A stretch of 64,000 bases of DNA from Antedon mediterranea. Taxonomy: Eukaryota > Animalia > Echinodermata. Shown here piece after piece: positions 38,901-52,600 of the stretch. The notes beneath the pieces are model-generated. The model was not told the origin of the DNA, did no database searches, and worked only from the letters and a program-made list of their open reading frames with translations. How positions within the stretch are numbered: position 1 is the first letter of the stretch; the number at the start of each line of letters is the position of its first letter. The position numbers and the translations under genes are program-made. The DNA is taken from positions 28,074,388-28,138,387 of the forward strand of contig NC_092670.1 of assembly GCF_964355755.1 (NCBI RefSeq), given 5' to 3'.

Positions 38901-41806
38901 GTTTTATCGAAATGCTCAAAATGGTCTAAAACGGTTTCTAATGTGATTTTAAGCACTTTGGTGTTTTTATGTTAACAAGTTTTTTCGAAAATCACAAAAT
39001 GGGCTAAAACGTCTCCAAATGTGATTTGAAGCTATTCTAAACACTTTGGTGTTTTTATGTTAAAAAGTTTTTTCGAAAATCACAAATTGGTCTAAAACGT
39101 CTCCAAATGCGATTTGAAGCTATTTTAAGCACTTTGGTATTTTTGTGTAACCAAGTTTTTTCGAAAATCACAAAAGGGTCTAAAATGTCTCAAAATGCGA
39201 TTTGAAGCTATTCTGTACACTTTGATGTTTTTATGTTAACAAGTTTTTTCGAAAGTCACAAAATGGTCTAAAACGTATCCAAATGCGATTAGAAGCTATT
39301 CTAAGCACTTTGGTGTTTTTATGTTAACAAGTTTTTTCGAAAATCACAAAATGGTCTAAAACGTATCCAAATGCGATTTGAAGCTATTCTAAGCACTTTG
39401 GTGTTTTTATGTTAACAAGTTTTTTCGAAAATCACAAAATGGTCTAAAACGTCTCCAAATGCGATTTTAAGCTATTCTAAGCAATTTGGTGTTTTTATGT
39501 TAACAAGTTTTTTCGAAAATCACAAAATGGTCTAAAACGTCTCCAAATGCGATTTGAAGCTATTCTGTACACTTTGCTGTTTTGTGTGAATAATTTTTGT
39601 CGAAATGCTCAAAATGGTCAAAAACGTTTTTGAATACGATATTAAGCTATTTTGTGCTCTTTGATGTTTTTGTGTGGTAAGTTTTATCGAAATGCTCAAA
39701 ATGGTCTAAAACGGTTTCTAATGTGATTTTAAGCACTTTGATGTTTTTATGTTGACAACTTTTTTAGAAAATCACAAAATGGTCTAAAACGTCTCCAAAT
39801 GCGATTTGAAGCAATTCTAAGCACTTTGGTGTTTTTATGGTAACGAGTTTTTTTGAATATCACAAAATGGTCTAAAATGTCTCCAAATGCGATTTGAAGC
39901 TTTTCTAAGCACTTTGGTGTTTTTATGTTTACAAGTTTTTTCGAAAATCACAAAATGGTCTAAAACGGCTCCAAATACGATTTGAAGCTATTCTAAGCAC
40001 TTTGGTGTTTTTATGTTAACAAGTTTTTTCGAAAATCACAAAATGGTCTAAAACGTCTCCAAATGCGATTTGAAGCTATTCTAAGCACTTTGGTGTTTTT
40101 ATGTTAACAAGTTTTTTCGAAAATCACAAAATGGTGTAAAACGTCTCCAAATGCGATTTGAAGCTATTCTAAGCAATTTTGTGTTTTTATGTTAACAAGT
40201 TTTTTCGAAAATCACAAAATGGTCTAAAACGTCTCCAAATGCGATTTGAAGCTATTCTAAGCACTTTTGTGTTTTTATGTTAACAAGTTTTTTCGAAAAT
40301 CACAAAATGGTCTAAAATGTCTCAAAATGCGATTTGAAGCTATTCTGTACACTTTGCTGTTTTGTGTGAATAATTTTTGTCAAAATGCTCAAAATGGTCA
40401 AAAACGTTTTTAAATACTATATTAAGCTATTTTGTGTTCTTTGATGTTTTTGTGTGAAAAGTTTTTTCGAAATGCTCAAAATGGTCTAAAACGGTTTCTA
40501 ATGTGATTTTAAGCACTTTGATGTTTTTATGTTAACAACTTTTTTAGAAAATTACAAAATGGTCTAAAACGTCTCCAAATGCAATTTGAAGCAATTCTAA
40601 GCACTTTGGTGTTTTTATGTTAACAAGTTTTTTCGAAAATCACAAAATGGTCTAAAACGTCTCCAAATGCGATTTGAAGCTATTCTGTACACTTTGCTGT
40701 TTTGTGTGAATAATTTTTGTTGAAATGCTCAAAATGGTCAAAAACGTTTTTAAATACGATATTAAGCTATTTTGTGCTCTTTGATGTTTTTGTGTGAAAA
40801 GTTTTATCGAAATGCTCAAAATGGTCTAAAACGGTTTCTAATGTGATTTTAAGCACTTTGGTGTTTTTATGTTAACAAGTTTTTTCGAAAATCACAAAAT
40901 GGTCTAAAACGTCTCCAAATGTGATTTGAAGCTATTCTAAACACTTTGGTGTTTTTATGTTAACAAGTTTTTTCGAAAATCACAAATTGGTCTAAAACGT
41001 CTCCAAATGCGATTTGAAGCTATTTTAAGCACTTTGGTGTTTTTGTGTAACCAAGTTTTTTCGAAAATCACAAAAGGGTCTAAAATGTCTCAAAATGCGA
41101 TTTGAAGCTATTCTGTACACTTTGATGTTTTTTTGTTAACAAGTTTTTTCGAAAGTCTCAAAATGGTCTAAAAAGTCTCCAAATGCGATTTGAAGCTATT
41201 CTAAGCACTTTGGTGTTTTTATGTTAACAAGTTTTATCGAAAATCACAAAATGGTGTAAAACGTCTCCAAATGCGATTTGAAGCTATTCTAAGCACTTTG
41301 GTGTTTTTATGTTAACAAGTTTTTTCGAAAATCACAAAATGGTCTAAAACGTCTCCAAATGCGATTTTAAGCTATTCTAAGCAATTTGGTGTTTTTATGT
41401 TAACAAGTTTTTTCGAAAATCACAAAATGGTCTAAAACGTCTCCAAATGCGATTTGAAGCTATTCTGTACACTTTGCTGTTTTGTGAGAATAATTTTTGT
41501 CGAAATGCTCAAAATGGTCAAAAACGTTTTTAAATACGATATTAAGCTATTTTGTGCTCTTTGATGTTTTTGTGTGAAAAGTTTTATCGAAATGCTCAAA
41601 ATGGTCTAAAACGGTTTCTAATGTGATTTTAAGCACTTTGATGTTTTTATGTTAACAACTTTTTTAGAAAATTACAAAATGGTGTAAAACGTCTCCAAAT
41701 GCGATTTGAAGCTATTCTAAGCAATTTCGTGTTTTTATGTTAACAAGTTTTTTCGAAAATCACAAAATGGTCTAAAACGTCTCCAAATGCGATTTGAAGC
41801 TATTCT
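29425..41806 (+). repeat. Long segmental copy of 1-16120, lacking the extra 3736-bp unit
   Basis: Offset 29423: 56-bp junction 838/30261 and gcgaattg 6116/35539. Offset 25687/25686 after the duplication: gcgatctga 12292/37979 and gcaatttcg 16035/41721. The alignment breaks at 16121/41807. Confidence 0.9.
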
Positions 41807-44800
41807 GTACACTTTGCTGTTTTGTGTGAATAATTTTTGTTGAAATGCTCAAAATGGTCAAAAACGTTTTTAAATACGATATTAAGCTATTTTGTGCTCT
41901 TTGATGTTTTTGTGTGAAAAGTTTTATCGAAATGCTCAAAATGGTCTAAAACGGTTTCTAATGTGATTTTAAGCACTTTGGTGTTTTTATGTTAACAAGT
42001 TTTTTCGAAAATCACAAAATGGTCTAAAATGTCTCCAAATGCGATTTGAAGCTTTTCTAAGCACTTTGGTGTTTTTATGTTAACAAGTTTTTTCGAAAAT
42101 CACAAAATGGTCTAAAACGTCTCCAAATGTGATTTGAAGCTATTCTAAACACTTTGGTGTTTTTATGTTAACAAGTTTTTTCGAAAATCACAAATTGGTC
42201 TAAAACGTCTCCAAATGCGATTTGAAGCTATTTTAAGCACTTTGGTGTTTTTGTGTAACCAAGTTTTTTCGAAAATCACAAAAGGGTCTAAAATGTCTCA
42301 AAATGCGATTTGAAGCTATTCTGTACACTTTGATGTTTTTTTGTTAACAAGTTTTTTCGAAAGTCACAAAATGGTCTAAAAAGTCTCCAAATGCGATTTG
42401 AAGCTATTCTAAGCACTTTGGTGTTTTTATGTTAACAAGTTTTATCGAAAATCACAAAATGGTGTAAAACGTCTCCAAATGCGATTTGAAGCTATTCTAA
42501 GCACTTTGGTTTTTTATGTTAACAAGTTTTTTCGAAAATCACAAAATGGTGTAAAACGTCTCCAAATGCGATTTTAAGCTATTCTAAGCAATTTGGTGTT
42601 TTTATGTTAACAAGTTTTTTCGAAAATCACAAAATGGTCTAAAACGTCTCCAAATGCGATTTGAAGCTATTCTGTACACTTTGCTGTTTTGTGAGAATAA
42701 TTTTTGTCGAAATGCTCAAAATGGTCAAAAACGTTTTTAAATACGATATTAAGCTATTTTGTGCTCTTTGATGTTTTTGTGTGAAAAGTTTTATCGAAAT
42801 GCTCAAAATGGTCTAAAACGGTTTCTAATGTGATTTTAAGCACTTTGATGTTTTTATGTTAACAACTTTTTTAGAAAATTACAAAATGGTGTAAAACGTC
42901 TCCAAATGCGATTTGAAGCTATTCTAAGCAATTTCGTGTTTTTATGTTAACAAGTTTTTTCGAAAATCACAAAATGGTCTAAAACGTCTCCAAATGCGAT
43001 TTGAAGCTATTCTAAGCACTTTTGTGTTTTTATGTTAACAAGTTTTTTCTAAAATCACAAAATGGTCTAAAATGTCTCCAAATGCGATTTTAAGGTATTC
43101 TAAGCACTTTGGTGTTTTTATGTTAACAAGTTTTTTCGAAAATCACAAAATGGTCTAAAACGTCTACAAATGCGATTTGAAGCTATTCTAAGCACTTTGG
43201 TGTTTTTATGTTAACAAGTTTTTTCGAAAATCACAAAATGGTATAAAACGTCTCCAAATGCGATTTGAAGATTTTCTAAGCACTTTGGTGTTTTTATGTT
43301 TACAAGTTTTTTCGAAAATCACAAAATGGTCTAAAACGTCTCCAAATGCGATTTGAAGCTATTCCGTACACTTTGCTGTTTTGTGTGAATAATTTTGTCA
43401 AAATGCTCAAAATGGTCAAAAACGTTTTTAAATACTATATTAAGCTATTTTGTGTTCTTTGATGTTTTTGTGTGAAAAGTTTTATCGAAATGCTCAAAAT
43501 GGTCTAAAACGGTTTCTAATGAAATGATTTTAAGAACTTTGATGTTTTTATGTTAACAACTTTTTTAGAAAATCACAAAATGGTCTAAAACGTCTCCAAA
43601 TGCGATTTGAAGCAATTCTAAGCACTTTGGTGTTTTTATGTTAACAAGTTTTTTCGAAAATCACAAAATGGTATAAAACCTCTCCAAATGCGATTTTAAG
43701 GTATTCTAAGCACTTTGGTGTTTTTATGTTAACAAGTTTTTTCGAAAACCACAAAATGGTATAAAACGTCTCCAAATGCGATTTGAAGCAATTCTAAGCA
43801 CTTTGGTGTTTTTATGTTAACAAGTTTTTTCGAAAATCACAAAATGGTATAAAACGTCTCCAAATGAGATTTTAAGGTATTCTAAGCACTTTGGTGTTTT
43901 TATGTTAACAAGTTTTTTCGAAAATCACAAAATGGTCTAAAACGTCTACAAATGCGATTTGAAGCTATTCTAAGCACTTTGGTGTTTTTATGTTAACAAG
44001 TTTTTTCGAAAATCACAAAATGGTATAAAAAGTCTCCAAATGCGATTTTAAGCTATTCTAAGCAATTTGGTGTTTTTATGTTAACAAGTTTTTTCGAAAA
44101 TCACAAAATGGTCGAAAATGTCACAAAATGCGATTTGAAGCTATTCTAAGCACTTTGGTGTTATTATGTTAACAAGTTTTTTCGAAAATCACAAATTGGT
44201 CTAAAACGTCTCCAAATGCGATTTGAAGCTATTTTAAGCACTTTGGTGTTTTTGTGTAACCAAGTTTTTTCGAAAATCACAAAAGGGTCTAAAATGTCTC
44301 AAAATACGATTTGAAGCTATTCTGTACACTTTGATGTTTTTTTGTTAACAAGTTTTTTCGAAAGTCACAAAATGGTCTAAAACGTCTCCAAATGCGATTT
44401 GAAGCTATTCTAAGCACTTTGGTGTTTTTATGTTAACAAGTTTTTTCGAAAATCACAAAATGGTGTAAAACGTCTCCAAATGCGATTTGAAGCTATTCTA
44501 AGCACTTTGGTGTTTTTATGTTAACAAGTTTTTTCGAAAATCACAAAATGGTGTAAAACTTCTCCAAATACGATTTTAAGCTATTCTAAGCAATTTGGTG
44601 TTTTTATGTTAACAAGTTTTTTCGAAAATCACAAAATGGTCTAAAACGTCTCCAAATGCGATTTGAAGTTATTCTGTACACTTTGCTGTTTTGTGAGAAT
44701 AATTTTTGTCGAAATGCTCAAAATGGTCAAAAACGTTTTTAAATACGATATTAAGCTATTTTGTGCTCTTTGATGTTTTTGTGTGAAAAGTTTTATCGAA

Positions 44801-47800
44801 ATGCTCAAAATGGTCTAAAACGGTTTCTAATGTGATTTTAAGCACTTTGGTGTTTTTATGTTAACAAGTTTTTTCGAAAATCACAAAATGGTCTAAAACG
44901 TCTCCAAATGTGATTTGAAGCTATTCTAAACACTTTGGTGTTTTTATGTTAACAAGTTTTTTCGAAAATCACAAATTGGTCTAAAACGTATCCAAATGCG
45001 ATTTGAAGCTATTTTAAGCACTTTGGTGTTTTTGTGTAACCAAGTTTTTTCGAAAATCACAAAAGGGTCTAAAATGTCTCAAAATGCGATTTGAAGCTAT
45101 TCTGTACACTTTGATGTTTTTTTGTTAACAAGTTTTTTCGAAAGTCACAAAATGGTCTAAAACGTCTCCAAATGCGATTTGAAGCTATTCTAAGCACTTT
45201 GGTGTTTTTATGTTAACAAGTTTTTTCGAAAATCACAAAATGGTGTAAAACGTCTCCAAATGCGATTTGAAGCTATTCTAAGCACTTTGGTGTTTTTATG
45301 TTAACAAGTTTTTTCGAAAATCACAAAATGGTGTAAAACTTCTCCAAATACGATTTTAAGCTATTCTAAGCAATTTGGTGTTTTTATGTTAACAAGTTTT
45401 TTCGAAAATCACAAAATGGTCTAAAACGTCTCCAAATGCGATTTGAAGCTATTCTGTACACTTTGCTGTTTTGTGTGAATAATTTTTGTTGAAATGCTCA
45501 AAATGGTCAAAAACGTTTTTAAATACTATATTAAGCTATTTTGTGTTCTTTGATGTTTTTGTGTGAAAAGTTTTATCGAAATGCTCAAAATGGTCTAAAA
45601 CGGTTTCTAATGTGATTTTAAGCACTTTGATGTTTTTATGTTAACAAGTTTTTTCGAAAATCACAAAATGGTGTAAAACGTCTCCAAATGCGATTTGAAG
45701 CTATTCTAAGCACGTTGGTGTTTTTATGTTAACAAGTTTTTTCGAAAATCACAAAATGGTCTAAAACGTCTCCAAATGCGATTTGAAGCAATTCTAAGCA
45801 CTTTGGTGTTTTTATGGTAACGAGTTATTTCGAAAATCACAAAATGGTCTAAAACGTCTCCAAATGCGATTTGAAGCTATTCTGTACACTTTGCTGTTTT
45901 GTGTGAATAATTTTTGTCAAAATGCTCAAAATGGTCAAAAACGTTTTTTAATACTATATTAAGCTATTTTGTGCTCTTTGATGTTTTTGTGTGAAAAGTT
46001 TTATCGAAATGCTCAAAATGGTCTAAAACGGTTTCTAATGTGATTTTAAGCACTTTGATGTTTTTATGTTAACAACTTTTTTAGAAAATTACAAAATGGT
46101 GTAAAACGTCTCCAAATGCGATTTGAAGCTATTCTAAGCACTTTGGTGTTTTTATGGTAACGAGTTTTTTTGAATATCACAAAATGGTCTAAAATGTCTC
46201 CAAATGCGATTTGAAGCTTTTCTAAGCACTTTGGTGTTTTTATGTTAACAAGTTTTTTCGAAAATCACAAAATGGTCTAAAACGTCTCCAAATGTGATTT
46301 GAAGCTATTCTAAACACTTTGGTGTTTTTATGTTAACAAGTTTTTTCGAAAATCACAAATTGGTCTAAAACGTCTCCAAATGCGATTTGAAGCTAGTTTA
46401 AGCACTTTGGTGTTTTTGTGTAACCAAGTTTTTTCGAAAATCACAAAAGGGTCTAAAATGTCTCAAAATGCGATTTGAAGCTATTCTGTACACTTTGATG
46501 TTTTTTTTGTTAACAAGTTTTTTCGAAAGTCACAAAATGGTCTAAAACGTCTCCAAATGCGATTTGAAGCTATTCTAAGCACTTTGGTGTTTTTATGTTA
46601 ACAAGTTTTTTCGAAAATCACAAAATGGTGTAAAACGTCTCCAAATGCGATTTGAAGCTATTCTAAGCAATTTGGTGTTTTTATGTTAACAAGTTTTTTC
46701 GAAAATCACAAAATGGTGTAAAACGTCTCCAAATGCGATTTTAAGCTATTCTAAGCAATTTGGTGTTCTTTTATGTTAACAAGTTTTTTCGAAAATCACA
46801 AAATGGTCTAAAACGTCTCCAAATGCGATTTGAAGCTATTCTAAGCACTTTTGTGTTTTTATGTTAACAAGTTTTTTCGAAAATCACAAAATGGTCTAAA
46901 ATGTCTCAAAATGCGATTTGAAGCTATTCTGTACACTTTGCTGTTTTGTGTGAATAATTTTTGTCAAAATGCTCAAAATGGTCAAAAACGTTTTTAAATA
47001 CTATATTAAGCTATTTTGTGTTCTTTGATGTTTTTGTGTGAAAAGTTTTTTCGAAATGCTCAAAATGGTCTAAAACGGTTTCTAATGTGATTTTAAGCAC
47101 TTTGATGTTTTTATGTTAACAACTTTTTTAGAAAATTACAAAATGGTCTAAAACGTCTCCAAATGCAATTTGAAGCAATTCTAAGCACTTTGGTGTTTTT
47201 ATGTTAACAAGTTTTTTCGAAAATCACAAAATGGTCTAAAACGTCTCCAAATGCTATTTGAAGCTATTCTGTACACTTTGCTGTTTTGTGTGAATAATTT
47301 TTGTTGAAATGCTCAAAATGGTCAAAAACGTTTTTAAATACGATATTAAGCTATTTTGTGCTCTTTGATGTTTTTGTGTGAAAAGTTTTATCGAAATGCT
47401 CAAAATGGTCTAAAACGGTTTCTAATGTGATTTTAAGCACTTTGGTGTTTTTATGTTAACAAGTTTTTTCGAAAATCACAAAATGGTCTAAAATATCTCC
47501 AAATGCGATTTGAAGCTTTTCTAAGCACTTTGGTGTTTTTATGTTAACAAGTTTTTTCGAAAATCACAAAATGGTCTAAAACGTCTCCAAATGTGATTTG
47601 AAGCTATTCTAAACACTTTGGTGTTTTTATGTTAACAAGTTTTTTCGAAAATCACAAATTGGTCTAAAACGTCTCCAAATGCGATTTTAAGCAATTCTAA
47701 GCACTTTGGTGTTTTTATGTTAAAAAGTTTTTTTCGAAAATCACAAAATGGTCTAAAACCTCTCCAAATGCGATTTGAAGCTATTCTGTACACTTTGCTG

Positions 47801-49600
47801 TTTTGTGTGAATAATTTTTGTCGAAATGCTCAAAATGGTCAAAAACGTTTTTAAATACGATATTAAGCTATTTTGTGCTCTTTGATGTTTTTGTGTGAAA
47901 AGTTTTATCGAAATGCTCAAAATGGTCTAAAACGGTTTCTAATGTGATTTTAAGCACTTTGGTGTTTTTATGTTAACAAGTTTTTTCGAAAATCACAAAA
48001 TGGTCTAAAACGTCTCCAAATGTGATTTGAAGCTATTTTAAACACTTTGGTGTTTTTATGTTAATAAGTTTTTTCGAAAATCACAAATTGGTCTAAAACG
48101 TCTCCAAATGCGATTTGAAGCTTTTCTAAGCACTTTGGTGTTTTTATGGTAACGAGTTATTTCGAAAATCACAAAATGGTCTAAAACGTCTCCAAATGCG
48201 ATTTGAAGCTATTCTGTACACTTTGCTGTTTTGTGTGAATAATTTTTGTCAAAATGCTCAAAATGGTCAAAAACGTTTTTAAATACTATATTAAGCTATT
48301 TTGTGTTCTTTGATGTTTTTATGTGAAAAGTTTTATCGAAATGCTCAAAATGGTCTAAAACGGTTTCTAATGTGATTTTAAGAACTTTGATGTTTTTATG
48401 TTAAAAACTTTTTTAGAAAATCACAAAATGGTCTAAAACGTCTCCAAATGCGATTTGAAGCAATTCTAAGCACTTTGGTGTTTTTATGTTAACACGTTTT
48501 TTCGAAAATCACAAAATGGTCTACAACGTCTCCAAATGCGATTTGAAGATATTCTAAGCACTTTGGTGTTTTTATGTTAACAAGTTTTTTCGAAAATCAC
48601 AAAGTGGTATAAAACGTCTCCAAATGCGATTTTAAGGTATTCTAAGCACTTTGGTGTTTTTATGTTAACAAGTTTTTTAGAAAATCACAAAATGGTCTAA
48701 AACGTCTCCAAATGCGATTTGAAGCAATTCTAAGCACTTTGGTGTTTTTATGGTAACGAGTTTTTTTGAATATCACAAAATGGTCTAAAATGTCTCCAAA
48801 TGCGATTTGAAGCTTTTCTAAGCACTTTGGTGTTTTTATGTTAACAAGTTTTTTCGAAAATCACAAAATGGTCTAAAACGTCTCCAAATGCGATTTGAAG
48901 CTATTCTGTACACTTTGCTGTTTTGTGTGAATAATTTTTGTCGAAATGCTCAAAATGGTCAAAAACGTTTTTAAATACGATATTAAGCTATTTTGTGCTC
49001 TTTGATGTTTTTGTGTGAAAAGTTTTATCGAAATGCTCAAAATGGTCTAAAACGGTTTCTAATGTGATTTTAAGCACTTTGATGTTTTTATGTTAACAAC
49101 TTTTTTAGAAAATCACAAAATGGTCTAAAACGTCTCCAAATGCGATTTGAAGCTTTTCTAAGCACTTTTGTGTTTTTATGTTTACAAGTTTTTTCGAAAA
49201 TCACAAAATGGTCTAAAACGGCTCCAAATACGATTTGAAGCTATTCTAAGCACTTTGGTGTTTTTATGTTAACAAGTTTTTTCGAAAATCACAAAATGGT
49301 CTAAAACGTCTCCAAATGCGATTTGAAGCTATTCTAAGCACTTTGGTGTTTTTATGTTAACAAGTTTTTTCGAAAATCACAAAATGGTGTAAAACGTCTC
49401 CAAATGCGATTTGAAGCTATTCTAAGCAATTTTGTGTTTTTATGTTAACAAGTTTTTTCGAAAATCACAAAATGGTCTAAAACGTCTCCAAATGCGATTT
49501 GAAGCTATTCTAAGCACTTTTGTGTTTTTATGTTAACAAGTTTTTTCGAAAATCACAAAATTGTCTAAAATGTCTCAAAATGCGATTTGAAGCTATTCTT

Positions 49601-52600
49601 TACACTTTGCTGTTTTGTGTGAATAATTTTTGTCAAAATGCTCAAAATGGTCAAAAACGTTTTTAAATACTATATTAAGCTATTTTGTGTTCTTTGATGT
49701 TTTTGTGTGAAAAGTTTTTTCGAAATGCTCAAAATGGTCTAAAACGGTTTCTAATGTGATTTTAAGCACTTTGATGTTTTTATGTTAACAACTTTTTTAG
49801 AAAATTACAAAATGGTCTAAAACGTCTCCAAATGCGATTTGAAGCAATTCTAAGCACTTTGGTGTTTTTATGTTAACAAGTTTTTTCGAAAATCACAAAA
49901 TGGTCTAAAACGTCTCCAAATGCGATTTGAAGCTATTCTGTACACTTTGCTGTTTTGTGTGAATAATTTTTGTTGAAATGCTCAAAATGGTCAAAAACGT
50001 TTTTAAATACGATATTAAGCTATTTTGTGCTCTTTGATGTTTTTGTGTGAAAAGTTTTATCGAAATGCTCAAAATGGTCTAAAACGGTTTCTAATGTGAT
50101 TTTAAGCACTTTGGTGTTTTTATGTTAACAAGTTTTTTCGAAATTCACAAAATGGTCTAAAATGTCTCCAAATGCGATTTGAAGCTTTTCTAAGCACTTT
50201 GGTGTTTTTATGTTAACAAGTTTTTTCGAAAATCACAAAATGGTCTAAAACGTCTCCAAATGTGATTTGAAGCTATTCTAAACACTTTGGTGTTTTTATG
50301 TTAACAAGTTTTTTCGAAAATCACAAATTGGTCTAAAACGTCTCCAAATGCGATTTGAAGCTATTTTAAGCACTTTGGTGTTTTTGTGTAACCAAGTTTT
50401 TTCGAAAATCACAAAAGGGTCTAAAATGTCTCAAAATGCGATTTGAAGCTATTCTGTACACTTTGATGTTTTTTTGTTAACAAGTTTTTTCGAAAGTCAC
50501 AAAATGGTCTAAAAAGTCTCCAAATGCGATTTGAAGCTATTCTAAGCACTTTGGTGTTTTTATGTTAACAAGTTTTATCGAAAATCACAAAATGGTGTAA
50601 AACGTCTCCAAATGCGATTTGAAGCTATTCTAAGCACTTTGGTGTTTTTATGTTAACAAGTTTTTTCGAAAATCACAAAATGGTGTAAAACGTCTCCAAA
50701 TGCGATTTTAAGCTATTCTAAGCAATTTGGTGTTTTTATGTTAACAAGTTTTTTCGAAAATCACAAAATGGTCTAAAACGTCTCCAAATGCGATTTGAAG
50801 CTATTCTGTACACTTTGCTGTTTTGTGAGAATAATTTTTGTCGAAATGCTCAAAATGGTCAAAAACGTTTTTAAATACGATATTAAGCTATTTTGTGCTC
50901 TTTGATGTTTTTGTGTGAAAAGTTTTATCGAAATGCTCAAAATGGTCTAAAACGGTTTCTAATGTGATTTTAAGCACTTTGATGTTTTTATGTTAACAAC
51001 TTTTTTAGAAAATTACAAAATGGTGTAAAACGTCTCCAAATGCGATTTGAAGCTATTCTAAGCAATTTCGTGTTTTTATGTTAACAAGTTTTTTCGAAAA
51101 TCACAAAATGGTCTAAAACGTCTCCAAATGCGATTTGAAGCTATTCTAAGCACTTTTGTGTTTTTATGTTAACAAGTTTTTTCGAAAATCACAAAATGGT
51201 CTAAAATGTCTCCAAATGCGATTTTAAGGTATTCTAAGCACTTTGGTGTTTTTATGTTAACAAGTTTTTTCGAAAATCACAAAATGGTCTAAAACGTCTA
51301 CAAATGCGATTTGAAGCTCTTCTAAGCACTTTGGTGTTTTTATGTTAACAAGTTTTTTCGAAAATCACAAAATGGTATAAAACGTCTCCAAATGCGATTT
51401 GAAGATTTTCTAAGCACTTTGGTGTTTTTATGTTTACAAGTTTTTTCGAAAATCACAAAATGGTCTAAAACGTCTCCAAATGCGATTTGAAGCTATTCTG
51501 TACACTTTGCTGTTTTGTGTGAATAATTTTGTCAAAATGCTCAAAATGGTCAAAAACGTTTTTAAATACTATATTAAGCTATTTTGTGTTCTTTGATGTT
51601 TTTGTGTGAAAAGTTTTATCGAAATGCTCAAAATGGTCTAAAACGGTTTCTAATGAAATGATTTTAAGAACTTTGATGTTTTTATGTTAACAACTTTTTT
51701 AGAAAATCACAAAATGGTCTAAAACGTCTCCAAATGCGATTTGAAGCAATTCTAAGCACTTTGGTGTTTTTATGTTAACAAGTTTTTTCGAAAATCACAA
51801 AATGGTATAAAACGTCTCCAAATGCGATTTTAAGGTATTCTAAGCACTTTGGTGATTTTATGTTAACAAGTTTTTTCGAAAATCACAAAATGGTCTAAAA
51901 CGTCTACAAATGCGATTTGAAGCTATTCTAAGCACTTTGGTGTTTTTATGTTAACAAGTTTTTTCGAAAATCACAAAATGGTATAAAACGTCTCCAAATG
52001 CGATTTTAAGCTATTCTAAGCAATTTGGTGTTTTTATGTTAACAAGTTTTTTCGAAAATCACAAAATGGTCGAAAATGTCACAAAATGCGATTTGAAGCT
52101 ATTCTAAGCACTTTGGTGTTATTATGTTAACAAGTTTTTTCGAAAATCACAAATTGGTCTAAAACGTCTCCAAATGCGATTTGAAGCTATTTTAAGCACT
52201 TTGGTGTTTTTGTGTAACCAAGTTTTTTCGAAAATCACAAAAGGGTCTAAAATGTCTCAAAATGCGATTTGAAGCTATTCTGTACACTTTGATGTTTTTT
52301 TGTTAACAAGTTTTTTCGAAAGTCACAAAATGGTCTAAAACGTCTCCAAATGCGATTTGAAGCTATTCTAAGCACTTTGGTGTTTTTATGTTAACAAGTT
52401 TTTTCGAAAATCACAAAATGGTGTAAAACGTCTCCAAATGCGATTTGAAGCTATTCTAAGCACTTTGGTGTTTTTATGTTAACAAGTTTTTTCGAAAATC
52501 ACAAAATGGTGTAAAACTTCTCCAAATACGATTTTAAGCTATTCTAAGCAATTTGGTGTTTTTATGTTAACAAGTTTTTTCGAAAATCACAAAATGGTCT

